Part shown: one piece after another, positions 39,077-52,035 of the stretch
Layout: every line of letters starts with the position of its first letter
Numbering within the stretch: position 1 is the stretch's first letter
Source of the DNA: Eledone cirrhosa
Taxonomy: Eukaryota
Assembly: GCA_964016885.1 (NCBI GenBank)
Contig: OZ024742.1
Span: 92,504,001 to 92,568,000 of the forward strand
Direction of reading: 5' to 3'
DNA length: 64,000 bases
Position numbers and translations under genes: made by a program
Notes under the pieces: model-generated
Told to the model about the DNA's origin: nothing
Seen by the model: the letters and a program-made list of their open reading frames with translations, nothing else
Databases searched by the model: none

Positions 39077-39560
39077 GCCGTCATCAGCCAAGAGGAAGAA
39101 CCAGGCATCCTAATCTAAAAAGAAGAAATCGATCGAAATTTCAAAGAAGGAGAGTACATGATGTCAGAAAATTGCAGAAAGTTGCCATACCTCACCGCCC
39201 TTTCTACCAACGTTGGTCTGTCACTGGCTACAAACACCTACCACCGCGTCCCAACATATCACGATTGACACACCGAAGGTGGCAGCCGGTACGCGCCCGT
39301 GGAGGATTTGCTGTTATCAATAGAAGGCATAGTACACATTGCCCAAATCATCGCCGAGCGAATCCAGTCGCGTTCAGATCCAGACTTCATCATCGACGTT
39401 ATCGTCTGCTACCTTTGAAACATAAATTATCCAGGATGGATCACATTATATTTTGGGATATAGATAACTGGAGTCGTTTATTTGAAAAGCTGAAATTTTT
39501 CGTGCCCATTAATACCTTCGTATGGGGTTTCCATAGTACGATGTGGAACGAGCCAACCAG
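39077..39560 (+). CDS. PIN-like nuclease gene, exon 2 (Arg-rich region + PIN N-terminus)
   Basis: ttcccag|GRHQPRGRTR...KLSRMDHIIFWDIDNWSRLFEKLKFFVPINTFVWGFHSTMWNEPT(R)|gtaaag; cf. ZNF451 'THIVFVDFDNWSNFF...TFIWGFQ'. Confidence 0.85.
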
Positions 39561-40029
39561 GTAAAGCATTCCTATTACAGATTTCTAATTTCGAAGGGGT
39601 GTCATCCAAATAACGCAAGGCATTTAGGCAGACACCCCTTGCGTGATTTAGCTATGTCCCTTTATGTTGTTTTTGATGTCAACTTTGTTTTTCACCCTTT
39701 CGGAATCGATAAAATAAGTACCAATCAAGTACTTGATCGATATAACTGACCTCCCTAATGTAGTTGTAAATAAAGATGGGAAAATATATGCTATGAAATG
39801 TCAAGCGAAAACAGACAGGCAAGTTATTTATTTACGTGATTATACTGAACTGAATAGATGAGTGGAACAAAGTTGAGAAATACAGAAGAAATAAAATTGT
39901 CACCACATAGACGGATGGTGATTTTTGCTAATTCTCAGATCTTTAAGTCAAGAGTTCTTGAGCTCTTGAAGATCGCTGCGTTACATTATCTCATAGTTGC
40001 TGGTTAGAGTGAAATCGAATCCCTGGTCC

Positions 40030-40810
40030 AGGAGACGATCTATCAAGCTGGAGCGAGCTCTCTTCGAAGCCTGAATCCCAGTGCTGATTCTCCTTCCATC
40101 GCCTCCAGCGGTTTCCTGGTTAACCCAAACCTTACAAGGTGACTTGAGACTTCTGTTGCCGACACCACGATGTCAGCTACCACGACATCGTCGATATAGG
40201 AATTAGTGACCCTCTTCATCTTGTTCACCTTCCCAGAATGGCTTTGAGAACCGTCACCATGATTTTTAGTGCCAAATTCAACCCGAAATCCAGCTTGGTC
40301 AGACAGTATGTCTGGCCATTATACCTGACCAGCTCATACTTCCACAGTGGAAGTTTTTTCCGCAAACATCTGTGACCTCGCTGCCTGTGTGACACGATAA
40401 ATTCAGTTCACGAAAGTCCAGCACCAGCCTGACTTTGTTGTTGGTTGTACTCCTGCCACTACTGTCAACACTCTGCTCTTCCGAGAGATTAATATGTCTC
40501 TTTGCACCTCTTCTTCAAACTCGCTTCTAGCATCTCCTTTCAGGGTATGCTGATAGCAGTTCATTCTGTTCTTCAACGTCAGGGGCTCTCCTTTCCAGTA
40601 CCACTCAACTATCCACCACTGGCCGTCGAACAGAGCCCTGAAATCCTTGTCTTGTATGGTATAAACAGCACAATTTTCCTTCATGGATATCCCTGCTCCC
40701 CTGCTGCACACTCATGGTGCATAATGTTATGCTTCCTAAATAGCAGATCACATCCATATCAATACCATCCACTATGTGGTTGATCACGATCACCCACAGC
40801 CTTTTCATTC
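40030..40810 (-). mobile_element. Degenerate LTR-retrotransposon-like RT fragment in the PIN-gene intron
   Basis: 'YCLTKLDFGLNLA', 'SYIDDVVV', 'HLVRFGL...LGFRL' RT-type motifs with frameshifts. Confidence 0.6.
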
Positions 40811-41103
40811 CTCATACAGCCATCTCCACCTCATTCTGCATCTAATCTCTCTGCCGTTGACTGCTCTTAGATTATTCATTCAGCTTTTTAACCACCCCTG
40901 GGATCACTAATGTCTTTGTACAGCCAGTGTCCCTGTGGATTGGCAGTCGTTAGAGCAGTATTTGTTCTGGCTTCAAATCAGCTGAAGCCAACTTTGCCTT
41001 CATCTTTCCTAAGTCGATAAACTGATATAATTGGCATTTCCCCTTCCTTCTAGGAAAATTAGAACCTATGATTACACACACACACCTATAATTTTAATTT
41101 CAG

Positions 41104-41203
41104 GTGCCTGGCGTTCCACCGGCTGATAAATAGCGGGGGATTTCACAAGAATAATCAAAGTGGGAGGACGAAAAATGCAGCAGATTTTGCCATGATGCTT
41201 CAA
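41104..41203 (+). CDS. PIN-like nuclease gene, exon 3
   Basis: tttcag|(R)CLAFHRLINSGGFHKNNQSGRTKNAADFAMMLQ|gtgaga; cf. ZNF451 'KDAADFAICMH'. Confidence 0.9.
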
Positions 41204-42306
41204 GTGAGATGAAACCCGACTCACGGTTATTTTTTCGTTACTATTTTGTGATTACTATATGGACATACACCGTTTCCCAACTAATATGTATATTTTAATC
41301 TCTCTGTGGTACCAAGGGCACGTGTCTTCTACTATAGACTCGACCCAATCAAATTTGGAAGCACTGAGCTTCACAACTGAGTCCCATGTAGTTTTTCTTT
41401 TTTTGTATTTGCTTTGTTGATATATAGTCTGCATGCAAGCTGTGATGATGTAAGCACTGTGGTTTTTGTAGTTGTTTTTTGAAATGAGGACCAGTAAGGC
41501 CATGATGAAACTAATGTATTGTTTGAAACGATTGTACAGAATAAGATCTATGCAAATTATGGTATTTATTGGGCGATGATAGTAGAAAGTTATAGTGTTG
41601 GGCTGGTCATTGTAGAATGTGATGTGTAAATTGTTATATAGTATTGGCTGGTCGCTGTACAGAATATTGTATTGGGAAACATATATTGTTACAAATGGGC
41701 CCTTTTTAGTCGTGACTGTTTCTGGGTTTGCACCTGGAAAGTTTTGTGGAAGACTAGTAGTCATTAATACATGCCAGTTTTCTCTCTCTACACTACTAAT
41801 GTTGTCCAAGGGAAAAGGCATTGGCACTAGTGTCACTGCAACTTATTTCTTCCAGATGAAGTAGTTTAAAAACAACTATTTTTATACTCATATCCCATTA
41901 TGGATATTGTTGTGATTTGGTATTTCTTTCTTTGGAGTGATGATTTAGATGGAAGGGACAGAGATGGCTATCAGAGTACATAGGCTTTCCTGAGTGTTTG
42001 ATTATAATATCAACATAGTTCAATGTCAGTAAATTCACTTTTAATTGCATAATGCATTACAGTCCCAGACATTTTAGTCTGAAACTAAAGTTGTGACTAT
42101 AATCTCTGCATGTGTCCCTGCAAGTTGTTCATTTTTATTTATCCCTTTTGTTACCATTCTTAAACTAACGTTTAGAACATAAAATTTTCTTATAGAATTA
42201 TAATGGAAGGTTTTAAACATTTAAAAATAAATAAATAGCTCTGTATAAGAGAATGTGGGGTGATTTGGTATCAAGGGTTAAACTGATAAATTGTTTTTCT
42301 CCGTAG

Positions 42307-42489
42307 ATTGGCAAGATGGATGAGCTGCTTCCGAATCGTGTTCAGTTCACAATATTTTCTGGCGACAAAGGGTTTCAAGAAGCTATTCATCAAATGAAAG
42401 ATTCAAAAAGAATCATAAGAATTCTGAATCCACATATTCCTGGCTGGCAGTCAAGACTTCATCACATTTTGAACAACATCAACCCCTAA
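42307..42489 (+). CDS. PIN-like nuclease gene, last exon (TAA stop)
   Basis: tctccgtag|IGKMDELLPNRVQFTIFSGDKGFQEAIHQMKDSKRIIRILNPH...*; cf. ZNF451 'AGRLDEQLPKQIPFTILSGDQGF...ILNPH'. Confidence 0.9.
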   Translation: MGKMDELLPNRVQFTIFSGDKGFQEAIHQMKDSKRIIRILNPHIPGWQSRLHHILNNINP

Positions 42490-42899
42490 ACTGATGGTAC
42501 AAATTCAAACATTACATATAATGCTACTACATATAATTAGTACTACTCAGTCGTACCACTCATATTTAAATACGGCTTTTTCATAGATTTCTATGCTTTC
42601 ATTCGCCATAATTTTCATAAGGTAAAAAAAACCCCACCCATTGACTTCGTTTTTTATTGTTTTATACATACACACACACAATGATACATGTGTACACATA
42701 TTTGTATGGATGGATATATATGGTGCAATACCAAGGAACCCTTTTATTTCAATGAATCTTCTCAACAAAGTAGTTGAAATTTTGAACATAGTACATGAAC
42801 CACAAGTACTATCTTTACAAACCCCAGCTTGAGAACCCCCCGGTACATATATATAGGTTAGGTTAGATTGTGGACATGATAGAGCAAATGTGAGTGGAT

Positions 42900-44600
42900 G
42901 TATGTTGTGTAATAAGGAACAAGATGGAGAGGAGCCTCAGCTAACAAATTATTCTGGGTAGGTGGTGTGGCATTCTGTTAGAAGAGAAATGAGTAGACAA
43001 GGTGATTGGGGTAGTCAGAGCAAGTGACAGAATCATTAAGCTTAGGCTAGCTCTAGATAGAATAGTGACATATGCACCAACAGTTGGGCTGTTAGCAGAT
43101 CTGAAGGACCACTTCTTTGAGGCCTTTATGCACACTACCGTGATTTTTTTGGACATGCATGACAACTCAGTGATGGCTTCAATGGAGAATATGGTACAAG
43201 AAACAAGGGGGATCATAGCTTCAGCAGTTTTGTGATTCAAACAAACTTATCTGCAACATCAGCCAACCAACTGATCACCCTCCAATCAAGCAATCATACA
43301 TGCCAAATAAATTATATTCTCATCAGAAATCAGGATAAACTGATTGTTGTAAATACAGAGATAGTCCCCAGTGAACAATATAACTTAGTAATTAGCAAAC
43401 TTAAAATTAACGACAAAGGGTAATTTGAAGGAAAAAAAAACATGATCACTCAGCTAGGGACAAATTCAGATAAAACCTGCTATTATAAGAGGAAAGAGGA
43501 GATAGAAACCTACAACATACAGGGAAAGTAGAGGTTCAATTTGCTGAAGACTAGACATGGTCTGTGGTTGGTGCAAGGCTCCAGGACAAAGGGTAACATG
43601 ATGGTGGAAGTATGGAACTATACCAAAAAGCAAGGAGGGAAGTTAGGTGCCAGGTGAAGTAAAAAGTAAAAAGTTTGCATGTGTCTTTAAGCTGTGAGTA
43701 CCAAAGGTGCCAGATGTTCCAGGTTGCAAGGCAGTGTTAGAGAAAAATCAAGACATAGTTGGTGAGAAGTTTATACAGGATGACAATGGTGAACTTGCTT
43801 TTACCGATGCAGAAAAGTAGTTTGGAATGTCATGAGAAACTGTATAAGCAAATAACCTTGTTCTTGTATATGAATATATATCAGAATTGGAACCAAAAAG
43901 ATCTCTAGTAAATAAAGAAGAGCACTGATCCCATCAATAAAATAGCTATGCACTGTATGCAGAAAAGGTGTTCAATATTGTATACAAAATGTATACTAGG
44001 CTAACAAAGAATGTAAACTTCAAATGTGGCAGATGCACAGGAGCAGTAGGCAGCAAGAATGCACATGAAACAGGTTCCATCAAATGCTCAGATGGCTCTC
44101 TAGAAATAGCTAGCACTTTATAGTACTTAGGTACCAATTAGTAGCGCAGGTGGGTGTTCAGAAAGCTGGGTGAGAATAGGTAAAAAGGTTCAGGGAGTTA
44201 CTTCCTTAGGTGGGACCAAAGGGGTTTCCTCAGAGTGAAAGGCATGATGCCTGTGCATGAACTGCAATACTGCATGGAAGTGAGATTGGGCACTGAAAGC
44301 TGAGGATATGCAAAGAGGAATTGAATCCAGTATACAAAAGAGAGAAGACTGTGTTGGTAGGCCATGTGATGCATATGAAGGGTGAAAGCTGCATGAAGAA
44401 ATGCTGGACACTAAGTTGAAGGAACCTGTGGAAGCGGAAAACCTAGAAAAATGTAGAATGAAGTGGTAAAGACAGACCTTAAAATGTTGGACCTCACGAT
44501 CGAGATGGTTGGCAATATGACATACTATAGAAGTCTTGTGTCCCTCCATAAGTAGGATAAAAGTCAGTAAGATATAACAGTTAGGATGCCCCATCCCTCT
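42900..44600 (+). mobile_element. Highly degenerate RTE LINE
   Basis: 'VVRASDRIIKLRL', 'YAPTVGL', 'QINYILIR'; patchy similarity to the RTE at 61-63 kb. Confidence 0.75.
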
Positions 44601-45019
44601 CCCCTTCATTCACATCCCTAACTGCATAAGCATGGGGAGGATGGTTCACCTTCTCACTAGCTATTCCTCTCATCTAGCCTTACACAATCTCCCTTCCCCT
44701 ACACCCTTGACTTCTTACCAAAGGTGGATGCACTTTCACTGTACTGCTAGCTCACTTTCTTTCCTTCACACCAAGACAACCCTACTGCCCAACACTTACT
44801 CTCTCTTACCCCATAACTATCTCCATGCCCAACTACAACAGCATGGAAATCTGTGCTTACTCCTCCCTCCTACCACAAAACCTCCAGACATCACATGGCC
44901 ACCCACCTTCCCTCTAATAGCTGTCAGCCTATAAGTACCATAAACTTTTCCTTCAACACAAAGTTAGTTACTCCTTTTTAGATAACATTGTTTTGAATAT
45001 CACCCATACAAACCCCAAC

Positions 45020-45420
45020 ACACACCAACCTGCAATTGCCAAAACCCTGCCAATTTGCTGTCAATCCTTTAGGTGGATCCTGCCTATCTAAGGCTGTAAT
45101 CTACAGAGCCATCTTCATACCCCAGATGGTTTTCAGAGAAACTATACACATGTAACAACCAATAAGTTAAAAGGTAGGTTTACCTAGCACGTTCACTCAT
45201 GCATATAACAGTGAAAATTTCCGATGGAGGCTTTGTGACCAAGGACACAACATCCCCAATATCAAATGGAGCATTCTAGACATAGTTTCGATCCCTACAA
45301 CTTACTCATGTTGTCAATGACTTAACACCACCATGTAACTTAAACCAACCAATGGAGGCCTTCAAAATGGACCTGATGATTTAACATGTTTTCATCTTGA
45401 AACCACTGGTAGTCTGAAAT
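45020..45420 (+). mobile_element. Penelope-like element 3' remnant (GIY-YIG region) ending in a hammerhead-like motif (45369-45415)
   Basis: 'CNCQNPAN..PLGGSCLSKAVIYRA', 'KWSIL'; then ggac-CTGATGA...GAAA-CCACTGG-TA-gtct. Confidence 0.7.
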
Positions 45421-46877
45421 TGAGTCAAACTTAAATATATAGATGTGTGTGTGTACACACTGATCTTAACCTGACACTGAGATATTTGTGACATGAACAC
45501 ATTAAAATATTCATAGTGCGGAAAAGCAAAATGTATGTATGTTATATATAAACATCGTTTGTGGGGCCATATAAAACTTTATTTTGAATCAATATCTCTT
45601 CAAAGTAGTGCCCTAAGATGGCTGCAGTCTAATGACTGAAAGCAGTAAACAAAAAGAAAACATACACATCATCATCATCACCATATAACATCCATTTTTC
45701 CACACTAGCATTGGTTAAACAAGTTGTCCTGTTGTGAGACGAGCCAGATCAGATGACTCTCTTATTCATACAGAACGGATTTTGGTTTGGACACCATTCA
45801 CATATTACAGAGAGATACACACACATATGCATACATACATACGCAAATTTAATACACGTATAAAAACTACAACACACACACACAGGTAATGAAATGATGA
45901 AAAAACAAAACAAAACAACAATATAAAATATAAATGAACAAAACTAATTATAAATGAGATTAACAAATTTAGACTTTATTTCAAATTTGAGGACATTGTA
46001 CAAATATAAAATGAGCAGTTGCTGAAGAGAAGTTTAGGTATAACTTGGTAAATTTGGACAAAATATAAGTGTGTATGTATGTATGTATGTATGTATGTGT
46101 GTGTGTGTGTATGTATATAAATGAAAGTGTATGCATACATGTGTGTGTGTGAATAGATATATATATATATATCATCAATTGGACAGGTTATCACGGTTCG
46201 AGATTAGATGTGTCAGAGATATTTTGCTCATAGATTCCATATATATATGGTGATAATGAGAGCATATGTATATATGTGTGCAAAAGGTAAATGAATGCCT
46301 ATGCCTGTATATAATTAAAATATAACATGATGATAGAATGGAAAGAGTAAAGGTGGAAACACTTTCATATACAAAGATATTCTTCCTCCTACTTCTCTCT
46401 CTCTCTCATATACACACACACTATCAGCTACTCCTTTCAATAAAACCAAGTAAAGAAACAATCCCAGAATGCTGCAGTATTTCATCACCATAGTAAATGC
46501 TTAACAAACAATGCATATCTGAAGTTTCTCAGAACATGGTAAGCATATTGTTTTGAGTGTGTGTAAATATATGTATATTTTTTGAAAATACAGTAGCCAA
46601 AATGCATGAAGATGGAAAAAAAAAAAAGGACAGATGCCTGCAAGGAATCAAACCATGCATCTCTTGTATACTATAATGGTTAAATATGCTAACCCTGCAT
46701 ACATGAGACATGTGATTCCATTCCCGGTGTCCACATTTTCCCATCTCTACTGGTACTTTACCTGATTTATTCAAGGATTATTGATGTTTATCAATTATTA
46801 TTATAGTTATCCGCATTGTAGAAACTATATTTTCAAATTTCTCAATGTTTCGTAAATCAACCAAATTATTTATATAT

Positions 46878-47056
46878 GTATAGTGTGTGTGTATAATTTA
46901 CATATAATATGCATACATATGTAGACAGGTGCTGGTATGTATAATGTATGTGTATAATTTACATATAATATACATACATATGTAGACAGGTGCTGGTATG
47001 TATAGTGTATGTGTATAATTTACATATAATATAGATACATATGTAGACAGGTGCCG
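46878..47056. repeat. Tandem repeat, 61-bp unit, ~3 copies
   Basis: gtagacaggtg recurs at 46921, 46982, 47043. Confidence 0.85.
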
Positions 47057-48246
47057 GTACAAATCAATGAAAAGAGGAATCAATACATTAGGGAGTTGGA
47101 AATATTTATATTAACAATTTGACTTCTGCATTACCATTGGTTCTGTTAAATGTAAACAAACACGCTTAATTCTTTGGATGCTGTTTGAATAAGCATCAGA
47201 AGTGTGAAACATGTTTAGAGTTAATAAAGTCACTGGTGTGCTAGAATAAATCAAATTGTTAATACAAATATATATAAATACACACACATGTATGCTTGTA
47301 TGTGGCATATAACAGCTAATACCAATCAGATTCACTGTTTATCTGAGGTTGCTGAAGAAATGGTGGTGTATATATTTCATATGTATTGTGTGTGTGTATG
47401 TATTTCCACACACAGGGCAAATGAGAGCAAATCAGTAAAAGAAAAAGAATTTAAAAAAACCTTTCATGGACCTCAACCAACAACTTGGCTGGTATTCAGG
47501 TCCAGTTTATGTGGTGTTAAAAAATGAGAGCCTACTACAAGTTAACCATTGTAAATATTGAATGAAAAATCATTCAATAATTTTGTAGTAGTTCCAAAAC
47601 CTTTCACAACTAAAAAACCTTTTTATTTAAAGGAATCACATTCTTCCCCACCACCACACTAAAATTAATCCCCTCTCAGATTATTATATTACAGAAGTGA
47701 AAGGCATGTTAATCTAATCCACGATTTGAACTTAAATCTGACCCTAAATACTATTAGTCTGTCTAGCATTCTATAATGTAGTTATTATTTCCACCACCTT
47801 AGAAAGTAGTAGATGCAGATATGGCTAAGTGATTAAAAACTTTACTTCACAATCATTTGGTCTCAGGTTCAATAAGATTGAAGGAAGAGTCACAATAATG
47901 GACACTGTAACCGGGGTTTAAAATCCAGACTTGCTAGACACCAATGGTTTCTTATATGGCTGCTAACATTTATGATTGTTGACAATGTGAGGCAGTTTGC
48001 ACTTTTCTGGAAACACTGTAAAAGGTTGGTTCATATTACAACTGTTTAGTATTAGTAAGATGAATTTTTAATGTGTCCAACCAGTTTCAGGCACCTTTCA
48101 GTGATAGTGTCAGTCAGTAGCCTCTGTTTACTTCTCTTCAACACCTCTACATTAGTAATCTGGTGATTTTCAGGATTTTTTTTAGGCATCTTTGTTGGAA
48201 AATGTTGAGCTTTAGAATTTTGGCAGTCATTTTCCAAGTTTCACTA

Positions 48247-48299
<53 letters not shown>

Positions 48300-48455
48300 A
48301 CCCATGCAAGCATAAAAAGACAGACAAAAAGGATGAGACATATATCAACACAAAGAGGAGTAGAAAAATGACCTACCACAATTTCCACTGTTTCATTTCA
48401 ACCATACGTTTGCCCCTACATATTCACATATACTTTAAAGAAATTTATCACATTG

Positions 48456-48498
<43 letters not shown>

Positions 48499-48514
48499 CA
48501 TACACACACACACA

Positions 48515-48554
<40 letters not shown>

Positions 48555-51030
48555 ACAATTGATATGTATTTTATATGTATTGATTAAACCTAAAATTAGC
48601 ATATACACACATCTATAAATACATATATATACCCAAACATATATACACACATATGCACTCGCAGTTATTGATTTGAATTAATAAGTTTTAACAGAGCCAT
48701 CTTTGCAATAATACATCTGTATCAGCCAATTGCTGATAACAGAGAGGGAGAGCAGTGAGATGGTAGTGATAGGGAAATAAGTTTGCTTTAATAAATGCAT
48801 ATATCTGGCAAGTGACCGAATAGATAGACTTCAGGTTCTAGTATGTTCTTTTCATATCATATCACACAAACAATCAAAATATTACGATATAATATATTCA
48901 AAACGAAACAAAATACAAAACAACCTCAAACAAACCAGCATGCATGACTTTGAAGATATTTCAATTCAACAGACATGACAACACTCATGTTTATTATTTT
49001 ACTTCTTTTTAGTCATTAGACAGTGGCCATGTTGGGGCACTGCCTTAAAGGATATCAGTTTCTCATATCAACCATAGTAATTATTTTTTCAAGCTTTGTA
49101 CTTATTTTACCGATACCTTTTTTGTCGAACCACAACGTTACAGGACATAAACACAGATACAGACATGGAGAGACACACATATATGATGGGCTTCTGTAGT
49201 TACTGTCTACCAAATATTATCCTGAAAGCATTGGACAACCCAAGGCTATAGCAAAAGATATTTGCCCAAGGTGCTGGACAAGGAGACTAAAACTCGGTAC
49301 CACATGGTTGCAAAGTGAACTCTTTAAACACAAAGCCATGTTTGTGTTTGTTTGTTTAGTTTTATTTTTCAAGAGGCATATTTACCACACTTTGAAATAA
49401 CTCTATAGGTAAGCATCTAAAATCATCTTGTACCATCTAAGTTATTAAATATCAAGTAACTGAAACCAAAGTCTAAGCGAAAATGGAGAAGTCATTCAAC
49501 TTTCTACAAGACCAGTTGTTAAGCTTCAAGTGAGTCCAATCTGGATATAGAATGAAATGTTCCAATTGTTTGATCAATGGAACAGCCTGCTCATGAAATT
49601 AATGTGCAAGTTGCTGAGCATTCCAGAGATGTATATCCTTAATATAATTCTCAGGGAGATTCAGAGTGAAACAGTGTGTGATAATGCTGGCCTTTTGAAT
49701 TACATGTTCAGTCTTTCCAATGAGCTTCTAAATAGTTTCCATCTTTCATCCTTCTAAGCTTTGATAAAATAAGACATAATAAACATTGAATATAAAATAA
49801 CAGGATTAAATTTCAGTTTTATTCCAGGCTAAACACCACAACTTTATTAAATATAACCTGTTTTTTTTTAAATATATTAATTCCTTCTGTGTGTCTGGGT
49901 TAGAATATGTATGCTGTATCCCTGCTTGTTGTAACAGGTGACTAAAAGAGTTGGCACTAAGAAAGGGCATCTAGCAATGAAATATTGCTTCAAAAAAAGA
50001 TTTTCATGTAACTTGCAATGCTAATCCCTGTTTTAGCAGGTAAAAATGATGTTTAACACAGGTGTTGCTGTTAATTTTTAATTAATTTTATAAATTTAGT
50101 AGTACTAAATAACAGTAAGTAATACAAGCAAATTATTTACTTATAACTAGGGTAACAAGGAAAAATACAATGATTTTAAATATTTCTTTATTCATTTAGA
50201 AATAAAAAAAACTGTTATAATTTACTGTTTTAATCATAGTAAATATGACAAGAAAAAAACAACTGTGCTTCTTGGTGTTCTAAAGCATTTTAAGGCTTTT
50301 TTCCCTGCTAAGGTCTATTTTAAAGCCCTTTCCCCAGCTAAAGTTTATTTTTGAGGCATTGTTTTACAGCCAGATTCCTTTGGCGCTGCTTTTAAATGAT
50401 GAATTCAAGTTTCTAGCACTTAGCTCTCTCTCTCTCACACACAGAGTAGATAAGGTGGGTGGAATACACACAGACAGAGTAGATAGGGGTGGAAAGAGGT
50501 AAACAAATATTGGTTGATCTGTTGAAATATTCTTAATCATCCTAATTTGAGAAAGCAGGAAAATATAGATATCAATCATTGCTTAGACAATTTTCTATTG
50601 AAAATATTTTTCAGAGAAATATATAAAATTATTTTGTTTCAGTTAGAAGATAGTTAAAAAAAAAGAAGAAAAAAAAAAGAAGAAAAAAAAAAAGAAAAGT
50701 AAAAAAAGAAAAATGGTTGAAATGCATTGAAAAAGTCAAACTAAACGAGATGAGTAAAATGAGAAAAAAACCTGAATAGCAGTAGTAGTAATGAATTTAA
50801 AAATGTGTAAAATATATAAACAGAATGAAAAAAGTAATATAGAAAAATTAGTTTAGAAAAATAAAACGAAATAAAAAATATGGAAAATAAAATAAATAAG
50901 ATGAAAATATATATATTGTGAGATATTGATAGGTTTGTGGTTTTTATTGCTGTGATGTGTCTATATATGTGAAGATATTTGGTTGGTGTGTGTTTGTTAT
51001 ATAAATACTGAATAGGAGAAAGGTAGACGA

Positions 51031-51032
<2 letters not shown>

Positions 51033-51085
<53 letters not shown>

Positions 51086-51163
51086 TATGTCTGAGACTTA
51101 ACACGTCATTGTAACTTGGAAGGTGATAAATGCAGCAGGAGTTGATAATTCATATACACACAC

Positions 51164-51194
<31 letters not shown>

Positions 51195-51590
51195 TATGTA
51201 TATATATACACACACATATATGTATATACATATGCATATAAACATATATACACATATATATATATACATATACATACATACATATACACATATATATATA
51301 CATGTATATATATATATATATGTGCACATATATATTTATATATATACATACATAGATACATACACGCACATATATATATACATACATACATGTATATATA
51401 TATACATATATATATATACACATATACATACATACATATATACATATACATACATATGTATATATATACATATACACACATATATATATATATACATATA
51501 TATATATATGCATGTATGTATCCATACATTTGTATATAAACGTGTACACATGTATATAATATACATATACACACACATTGATACACACAT
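51033..51590. repeat. (GT)n and compound (TA/CA)n microsatellites
   Basis: Direct inspection; source of spurious Y/I/H-rich ORFs. Confidence 0.95.
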
Positions 51591-51881
51591 ATGCATGTAC
51601 AGGGTAAAAAATTACTGAAGGGGAAATGCAACATTAGCTGAAACATGTGTGTGTGTGTGTATAACATATGTTAACACACACACACACATTTTATGTAGTA
51701 AAAGGTTTGAGGAGTTTGGCAAGTGGAAAAATTGCAACAATAGCTGTAGGAAGGAGAGGATGGTAGTAGTAAGAGTAACCTTAGCAACTACCCCCTAGTT
51801 TTTTTAATAATAACAACAACAATAAAAGGCAGAACAAGGATGAGTGTCAGTAGCTGTCAAGGTGGGCTTATATATCTTACT

Positions 51882-51930
51882 TCACACAAGGGAACTGTTT
51901 GGAGAATGGATTCTTCGAGCTCTGTCTTTA
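51882..51930 (-). CDS. DOCK7: DOCK-C family GEF, probable last coding exon
   Basis: cttttcag|(S)KDRARRIHSPNSSLV*; phase 2 matches the donor at 57611. Confidence 0.65.
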
Positions 51931-51979
51931 CTGAAAAGATAAAATGAAGAAAATATTACAAATGTGTGTGCAAGCACAG

Positions 51980-52035
<56 letters not shown>

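Noticed and set aside
41255-41836. 193-aa minus-strand ORF
   Set aside because: Lies in the PIN-gene intron over low-complexity degenerate repeats; no recognisable domain
51098-51667. Overlapping 138-189 aa ORFs on both strands
   Set aside because: Translations of TA/CA microsatellite (YIYI/HTHT)
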